A program made the translations under genes and the position numbers. 64,000 bases of DNA from positions 82,646,001-82,710,000 of the forward strand of contig NC_043001.1 in the NCBI RefSeq assembly GCF_006345805.1, given 5' to 3'. The stretch is from Octopus sinensis (lineage: Eukaryota). The number at the start of each line of letters is the position of its first letter. The first letter of the stretch is position 1. Below are positions 56,244 to 64,000 of this stretch, piece after piece. Under the pieces are notes generated by a model that saw nothing but the letters and a program-made list of their open reading frames with translations, ran no database searches and was not told where the DNA came from.

Positions 56244-56561
56244 GTGGCTGCCCCCTCGTTATCGAGTATGGCCATTGCACGAATCTTAATCAATGTTGTT
56301 ATCGTGCAATGCCTGTGCAAGAAGATTTTTTTAAAGTGAGGAAAGGCTGTGCACTGAGTCAATCCCACTCACTAAGCAACAGCAGCCATAATCCGAGAAG
56401 AATAACAAGTCAACATCATCGGTAACCACTGAACAGCAGGTTTTATTTCGGAGTTATCCCAGTTACCTGAGTTACCTTCTCCTAGAAGGATGCCCTAACA
56501 AAGGTTAGGAGCCCTTCACTCCCAATGGTTTAACAGCGCGATCGGGTATTCAGTTCGATTA
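56244..56561 (-). mobile_element. 5'-truncated copy of the 36146-36693 retroposon, with an (ATGT)n tail
   Basis: Collinear with 36146-36462 at roughly 90% identity by eye. Confidence 0.75.
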
Positions 56562-56622
56562 TACATACATATATACATACATACATAAATACACACACAC
56601 ACAACACACACACACACATATA

Positions 56623-57040
56623 CTCTTACTCTTTACTCTTTTACTATTTTACTCGTTTCAGTCATTTGACTGCGGCCATGCTGGAGCACCGCCTTTTAGT
56701 CGAGCAAATCGACCCCGGGACTTATTCTTTGTAAGCCCAGTACTTATTCTATCGGTCTGTTTTGCCGAAAAGCTAAGTGACGGGGACGTAAACATACCAG
56801 CATCAGTTGTCAAGCAATGCTAGAGGGACAAACACAGACACACAAACATATACACACACATACATATATATACATATATACGACAGGCTTCTTTCGGTTT
56901 CCGTCTACCAAATCCACTCACAAGGCATTAGTCGGCCCGAGGCTATAGCAGAAGACACTTGCCCAAGATGCCACGCAGTGGGACTGAACCCGGAACCATG
57001 TGGTTGGTAGGCAAGCTATTTACCACACAGCCACTCCTGT
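56623..57040 (-). mobile_element. SINE family A, full length
   Basis: actctttactctt tail to taccacacagccactcctg head. Confidence 0.95.
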
Positions 57041-57274
57041 GAGTGCACGTCCACGTTTGATTATATGTGTGCATGTAGTTTACTATAAATGTGTCTAATA
57101 GCACATGTAACGATACGATTTGGACTCCATAAGAAAATATAGCAAGAAAGGGGATTAATGGGAGTTTATTTGGCAAGTATTAGTCTTCTGGTGAAGACTA
57201 TTATTATTGCTATTAACTATTATTATTGCTACCAAACTATTTGTAAAGAAATGAAATTTTGTATGGATACATCA

Positions 57275-57445
57275 TTAAGTCGATTATATCGACCCCAGTG
57301 CGTAAATGGTACTTATTTAATCGACCCCGAAAGGATGAAAGGCAAAGTCGACCTCGGCGGAATTTGAACTCAGAACGTAACGGCAAACGAAATACGGCTA
57401 CGCATTTCGCCCGGCGTGCTAACGTTTCTGTCAGTTCACCGCCTT
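57275..57445 (-). mobile_element. SINE family B without tail
   Basis: tcgaccccgaaaggatgaaaggcaaagtcgacctcggcggaatttgaactcag. Confidence 0.9.
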
Positions 57446-57554
57446 ATTTTCCGCTTACATAATAAACAGATAGTTTGATTGGTACGGTCACAATAGACAG
57501 AGTGGTATATATAATATACACACACGCACACACATGCATGTATATGTTTACCAG

Positions 57555-57697
57555 TCTCAGTAATTGGAATCTGGCCATGCTGGGGCATCGCCTGAAGGGG
57601 TCAGTCGAATAAATCGATCCCAGTACTTGCTCTCAAAGACTGGTACACCAGCCCCAGTTGCTAAGCTGTGGCGGGGAGGAAAGACACAGACACAAAG

Positions 57698-57743
<46 letters not shown>

Positions 57744-57903
57744 GTACGTATACGACGGGCTTCTTTCAGATTGCGCCTACCGAATCCACTCACAAAAATT
57801 TGATTGATCCGGGACGATAATAGACGACGCTTGACGACACTTGAATGGAACTGAACCCCGAGCCATGCGGTTGGGAAGCAAATTTCGTAACACACAGCCA
57901 TGT

Positions 57904-57964
<61 letters not shown>

Positions 57965-58125
57965 CACGCACATATATGTATATAAAGAAATGGCTTCTTT
58001 TGGTCCCTGCTTACTAAATCCACCCACAAGCTTTGGCTGGTCTCAGATTACACTTGTCAAAGGTGTCATGGACTGGGACTGAACCTGCAACAATGTAGTT
58101 GGAAACAAACTTCTTACCACACAAC
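57555..58125 (-). mobile_element. Two diverged family A SINE remnants
   Basis: ggccatgctggggcatcgcc, acgacgggcttctttcag, ggactgggactgaacc. Confidence 0.7.
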
Positions 58126-58299
58126 TATACACACACACAAATGTCTATATAAAGGGTGAGAAGAACATGTTTCATTTAGCGAAAATGCAATTTCTTTTAT
58201 TTAAACATGAAATCTCTAATGTAAAATTATTTAGATATACATGTGTGTGTGTTTGTGTGTGCTTTGTGTGAGAAATGAATGTGATTTGTGGTCATACCA

Positions 58300-58300
58300 C

Positions 58301-58383
<83 letters not shown>

Positions 58384-58661
58384 CTGCTTGTCGGTTTGTC
58401 CGTCTGTCGCTCTGTCCGTCTATCTGTGCAGATGTATATACAAATATACATATATCGAGAAAAGGAATATATATATATATATTATATATATTATATATAT
58501 ATATATCACACATATATACGTGGGTATATATTGTATGTTGTTGTATATATTCACGCATATATGCATATGAGAATATATGTATATAAATGTACACACACAC
58601 ATATATGTAAATTTATAGTATTCTTATATATGTATATATATATAAAATGATGCAGATATAT

Positions 58662-58698
<37 letters not shown>

Positions 58699-59112
58699 GG
58701 TGTGTAAATATATATGTATATCTGCATATATATTATATATTATATATATTTATACAATATATATGTACATATATACATATAAATATATATATACACACAG
58801 ATATATACATATATATTTACACACATATAAATATGTGTGTATGTATTCATATTTATATACATACTTAAGTGTTTACACAGCGTATAGACATATACATGCT
58901 CACAAACGCATTATTTCTCTCTTTCCCACAGATATGCATACACCGACACACAGACACCGCCGCCTTATTAAAATTTTAAGTGTATTTTGTATGAATAGCC
59001 AAGAGCATTCCTAGTTATGGAACCGTGATTGCAATCCAATCATTTGAATATGCATACATTATTGTATGTGTATGTGAGCGCGCGCGTGTGTATAACTTTT
59101 ATATATGTATGC

Positions 59113-59194
<82 letters not shown>

Positions 59195-59814
59195 GTATAA
59201 TCATATATATATATATATATAATATTGATACATACATACACACTCATACAGACCGACAAACACACAAATGTGCTTATACATACATGCACGTTTTATGCCG
59301 CATATATGTACTATATACACATTATATTATTAAATACATATACATTCATGCATTTATTTGTATTTGTATTTATTTGTATGTACATTTGTGCTCTCTATTA
59401 TGAATGAAGCGGAGTGCATCTTAATGTGGCTGTACACACATACACTACACAGACACAGACACATACACACACACACATGTAGATGCATAAATGTTTACCA
59501 ATGCACCCATATGTGTGTGGGTACAATTGCAATAGCTTGTATAAATATAGAGATACAAATATATGCATGTATATGTGTGTGTGTGTATTCATATGTATAT
59601 GTATAAGAGATTTACATTTACTAGTAGTAATATCATATATATTATGTGAATGAGTATGTGTGCAATTGCAAACACAAATACTTCTGCCTGTCTATATATA
59701 TATATGTTCATTTGTTTGCTTACATTCACATACTCACACGTTACTACACGGATTCATATGTATACTTAGATGCATCTCTACAATAACACTGCATATAATG
59801 TGTGTGTGCATGTG

Positions 59815-59859
<45 letters not shown>

Positions 59860-59860
59860 C
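58300..59860. repeat. (TCTA)n and degenerate (TA/TG)n mosaic
   Basis: Direct reading. Confidence 0.9.
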
Positions 59861-59938
59861 GGAGATGTACTTGCATAGTAAGTGACCTGATCTGAGATCG
59901 TGTGTTGGAACGAAAACAATTGCGGCATGGAAGGTGTT

Positions 59939-60133
59939 TCTAAGCCATTTAAGAAACACACAAAAACCGTTAGATTCACTTCAACATTTAAATTTAATTT
60001 GTCAAAATATTTTCGTCGCTTTAAGACCGCGACCTGTTCAATGACAAAACTTCGTGCGACGAAAATATTTTGACAAATTAAATTTAAATGTTGAAGTGAA
60101 TCTAACGGTTTTTGTGTGTTTCTTAAATGGCTT
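59939..60133. mobile_element. Fold-back element with ~80-bp near-perfect arms and a hammerhead-like fold on the minus strand
   Basis: taagccatttaagaaac...aaatattttcgtcgc (59941-60019) mirrored at 60056-60134. Confidence 0.9.
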
Positions 60134-60241
60134 ATAAACAGCTTGCACGCTTCCCTAATGTAATCGGTAAAACTAAGCACGTGTCTGTCTTGGCACAGAA
60201 AGCTGGGGTTAGTTTTTCAGATTGCATTTACACTGAACTAT

Positions 60242-60314
60242 TGCACTGATGAAGCCACGGACATTTGAATTATGTAAGTAGTTCTTTTGTTAAAGGCCGA
60301 AACCGAGGTATGCA
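60242..60314 (+). ncRNA. Minimal type I hammerhead ribozyme, near-canonical
   Basis: tgca-CTGATGA-a-gcc...ggc-c-GAAA-ccgagg-TA-tgca: stem I TGCA/TGCA, stem II GCC/GGC, stem III ACC/GGT, predicted GUA cleavage after 60310. Confidence 0.8.
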
Positions 60315-60578
60315 TTTAATTCTGTTTTTTATATAAATTTTCATCTGTCCTGCCCGCCAAATTTGGTTCTGGTGTTCGCTGAATTTTCCTCTAGAGAATT
60401 TTCTTTGTAGTTTGATCGTTGATGATCTATTTCTAGCATACGGCGACTACCTAGCAGTCTTGCCTGCAATATACACATATATTAGAATTTTCTCTGACTT
60501 CTCAGATTTTTTGTATGCTAGACTACTGGTTTTAAATTGATATTAAAATTAATATTAATTTATCTCCCTCATTATTTA

Positions 60579-60640
<62 letters not shown>

Positions 60641-60679
60641 ACGTACACGCTCACTATCTCACATACACGTACACTTATG

Positions 60680-60905
60680 TGTAGGTGTGTGGCCTAGAGG
60701 TTAGGTGTTTCACTTATGAGCTTAAGACTGTGGTTTCACTTGTTGGATGCAGTGATGCGTTGTACCCAAAACACCATATTTCACGTTACTCGAGTCCACT
60801 CACCCGCTAAAAATGGCTTATCCTGAGACGAGCCGGCTTTTCGTCCAGGGAGGCAATATATGCATTGTTGAATACGGGAAACCAGCCTTATGGTCCTATG
60901 GCTCG
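60680..60905 (+). mobile_element. Diverged tRNA-derived SINE
   Basis: gtgtggcctagaggttaggtgtttcac...gtggtttcac...atttcacgttactcgagtccactcac. Confidence 0.55.
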
Positions 60906-60999
60906 GCAAGGACACTTAATCGCTGTGTGTGTATATATAACGCACACACACACACGCACACACACACACACACACACACGCACACACACACACACACAC

Positions 61000-61390
61000 A
61001 CTTTCTTTTATTCTTTCATCTGTTTCAGTCATTTTGACTGTGGCCATGCTGGAGCATCACCTTTTAGTCTATGAAATCGACCCCAGCACTTATTCTTCGT
61101 AACCCGGTACATATACTATCGGTTTCTTTTGTCGAACCGCTAAGTTATGGGGCCCAACATTGGTTGTAAAGCGATGGTGTTAGTAGTGGTGGGGGACAAA
61201 CACAAACACACAAGTATATATATATTTATATATACATATATATACGTCGGGTTTATTTCAGTTTCCGTCTACCAAATCCACTCACACGGCTTTGGTCGGT
61301 CCGAGGCTATAGTAGAAGACACTTGCCCAAGGGGTCATGTAGTGGGATCGAACCCGGAACCATGTGGTTTAGAAGCAAGCTTCTTACCAA
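61000..61390 (-). mobile_element. SINE family A
   Basis: gtttcagtcattttgactgtggccatgctggagc...gaagacacttgcccaag...cttcttacca. Confidence 0.92.
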
Positions 61391-61454
61391 ATAGTTTTAA
61401 AATCCAATTGCGGTAGAATGAACAGAAAAAGATACTCCATCCACTGAGAGATAA

Positions 61455-61796
61455 AAGGGGTAAAGACCCCCTTCGGTCATGAATGACCATGGGATTGCAC
61501 CTAGAAAGTTACCCTCCTAGACACAAGTCCGGGCAAGGTTGTTTATGGAAGACCAGCAGTCGCCCATGCATACCAGCCTCCCCTCTCCACACCACCAGTG
61601 TTATCCAAGGGAAAGACAAAGGTCGATACAGCTTGGCACCAGTGACGTCGCAACTCATTTCTAAAGCTGAGTGAACTGGAGCAACGAGAAATAAAGTGCC
61701 TTGCTCAAGAACACAACACGCAGCCCGGTCTTGGATTCGAGCTCACAACCTCACGATCGTAAGCTCGACGCTCTAACCACTGAGCCATGCGCCTTC
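61455..61796 (-). mobile_element. SINE family C, full length and young
   Basis: ggggtaaagacccccttcgg tail to ctgagccatgcgccttc head. Confidence 0.97.
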
Positions 61797-62240
61797 ATGA
61801 ATTTAAATACACAGCCGAAAGAGCTACTAATAGTTTCATGCTATTATGATACTTGAACAGGCATATTTATAAAATACGCCACGTATCTGAAAGCAATCAT
61901 TCAGGCTCTGTTTAAACATTTTGTACAATTTAAAAATAAGATGCTGGTCAGTAAGAAAATAAGGAAAGGCGTGTAAAAAAAAACTGAAAAAGGTGCAAGA
62001 AATGGAACGAAAAACGAGAAACGAAATCAAAAGAATTTAAAAAACTAAGATTCTGGTCTTCCCTAATTGCTGAAATTTAATTAAATACAACTGACTAGCA
62101 ACTCCTGCTCGTTCCATCTTTTGGACTGATTAATGTAAGTAATATAATATTAATATAAATAATATAATGGGGTGGTTACCGCCCCTGTCAGTATATGTAT
62201 ATATTTGCGTTCTTCTTAGAGCATTAAGAGTACTTTTACT

Positions 62241-62542
62241 GTTACATACTTTTATACTTTTACTTGTTTCAGTCACCTGCCTGCTGCCACGCTGGAGCAC
62301 CGCCTTTTTCGTCGAGCAAATCGACCCCAGGACTTATTCTTTGTAAGCCTAGTACTTATTCTATCGGTCTCTTTTGCCGAATCGCTAAGTTACGGGTACG
62401 TAAACACACTAGCATCGGTTGTCAAGCGATGTTGGGGGGACGAACACAGACACACAAACATATATATACATATATATGACGGGCTTCTTTCAGTTTCCGT
62501 CTACCAAATCCAGCCACAAGGCTTTGGTCGGCCCGAGGCTAC
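62241..62542 (-). mobile_element. SINE family A, 5'-truncated, with a 12-bp imperfect TSD
   Basis: agtacttttact (62229-62240) and agtattttaact (62543-62554); the empty site is at 63419-63430. Confidence 0.88.
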
Positions 62543-62724
62543 AGTATTTTAACTCTTATTTCTAGCAATGTCAGTGCTGCGGCGCACTTAGTCACTCTTA
62601 GTGACAATTGAATTTTTCCATTTTGGTATCACATTGTGCCTGGCTGTTTATATTAACTTTTAGTATACGTATTAACATTTCGCTAATCCTCCATAAATTT
62701 TGATGGTAAATAAATATATGTATA

Positions 62725-62988
62725 TATATTGCAAATAAGAAAATGGAGGAAAACAATAGTTGGTTCATCAACTTTAGGATATTAAAAATGTTAACTTATT
62801 ATTTATTAAACTGATAATAATAATAATAACATACATACATATAGCATATTATTCTGTGCATTAGAATAATATGCTATATGTATGTATGTTATAATTGTCA
62901 GTTTAATAAATAAATAAGTTAACATTTTTAATGTCCTAAAGTTGATTAACCAACTATTGTTTTCCTCCATTTTCTTATTTGCAATATA
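62725..62988. mobile_element. Fold-back element (~130-bp arms, 7-bp spacer)
   Basis: Axis attct-gtgcatt-agaat at 62851-62867; arms mirror out to tatattgcaaataag/cttatttgcaatata. Confidence 0.9.
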
Positions 62989-63161
62989 AATTAATGGTAA
63001 AATATCTCTTTACCTTCACCCATTTAATACACTAACTAATGTAATTGCAATTCAATAAAAAAAACACTTGTGTATTAATAATTGGGTATTCTACCAACAG
63101 TATATTGGATAGATATTATCCCTTGGTGGGTTGAACTCACAACCCCTAACTTTCTTGGAGT

Positions 63162-63253
<92 letters not shown>

Positions 63254-63752
63254 GCAAACGGAACTAGTCCACCACGAGCCGTTGAAGCAGTCGCCACTGA
63301 CGATGTTTACCGTATAGAAAAAAATAAGGCCTAGTCTGTTAATTCTCGAGACAGTTATACAGCGATTACCACTCCTGTCAGTATGCGCATATAATTGCGC
63401 TATTCTTACAGCATTAAGAGTATTTTAACTCTTATTTCTATCAAAGTAGATGCTCTGTTCCTTTAGTCACACACTCAGTGACGACAGAATTTTTCTTTTA
63501 GAGTTTCACGTTGCGCCTAGGTGTTTATATATATATATATTATATATATATAATATTATATATATATATATATATATATAATAAAATATTAGGGAATAAA
63601 TCCAAATTTACAGGAAAAATCAGATTAGGATTGAATCCAATTTTATAGTAAAATATTATATACTATTAATTAGAGACAAAACCACTATTTTGTAAATCAA
63701 ACAAGAAAGACTTAATCAATACATAAAAAATTTTATATAAAGTAAATAATCG

Positions 63753-63796
63753 CCACTACAATTGTTTCCTGTCTTCAAATGACATTCATCAGGTGG
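63753..63796 (-). ncRNA. Minimal type I hammerhead ribozyme (left arm)
   Basis: Minus strand: ccac-CTGATGA-a-tgtc-atttgaa-gaca-g-GAAA-caattg-TA-gtgg. Confidence 0.75.
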
Positions 63797-63842
63797 ATTT
63801 CATATCTTCCATTCAATTTAAATTGAATGGAAGATATGAAAT

Positions 63843-63885
63843 CCCCTGATGAATGTCATTTGAAGACAGGAAACAATTGTAGTGG
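63843..63885 (+). ncRNA. Minimal type I hammerhead ribozyme (right arm, 1-nt deletion in stem I)
   Basis: ccc-CTGATGA-a-tgtc-atttgaa-gaca-g-GAAA-caattg-TA-gtgg. Confidence 0.65.
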
Positions 63886-64000
63886 CGATTTATTTACTTT
63901 ATATAAATTTTTTTTATGTATTAAGTCTTTCCTTGTTTGATTTACAAAATAGTGGTTTTGTCTCTAATTATATTATAATATATATATATATATATATATA

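Larger units (their letters stand above)
63585..63975. mobile_element. (TA)n-flanked fold-back element with no spacer and a hammerhead motif in each arm
   Basis: Axis caattt|aaattg at 63819/63820; arms 63667-63819 and 63820-63970. Confidence 0.92.

Noticed and set aside
59885-59930. cctgatctgag...cgaaaacaattgc as an extra hammerhead
   Set aside because: The core has a 2-nt insertion, there is no stem II pairing and no UH triplet in register.

Overview
Eukaryotic, AT-rich, repeat-saturated DNA. It is very probably a coleoid cephalopod (Octopus-like); this is inferred from the tRNA-derived SINE families and the extreme microsatellite load, not from a database hit. No host gene could be identified with confidence, and almost all ORF-track entries are translated microsatellites. 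The window holds about 45 SINE copies from at least 4 families and a co-oriented stack of five Dong/R4-type RLE retrotransposons in (TAA)n tracts at 16.1-26.1 kb, one of them nearly full length. It also holds Tx1/L1-like and RTE LINE fragments, several decayed mariner/maT transposons, MITE-like elements, minisatellites and a 100-N gap. The main finding is a set of short non-coding elements, mostly (TA)n-flanked and often fold-back, that carry minimal type I hammerhead-ribozyme motifs with palindromic or near-palindromic stem III (at 1.84, 33.5/33.9, 34.2/34.4, 60.0, 60.25 and 63.75/63.85 kb). Their cores differ at the 3:8 tertiary pair (C3:G8, U3:A8, U3/C8). They look like non-autonomous Penelope-like or retrozyme-like RNAs rather than DNA MITEs; activity is untested. 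Other notable items are a SINE tail shared with the Tx1-like LINE, two locally templated insertions, and a MITE present both as a monomer and as an internally amplified ~95-bp array.
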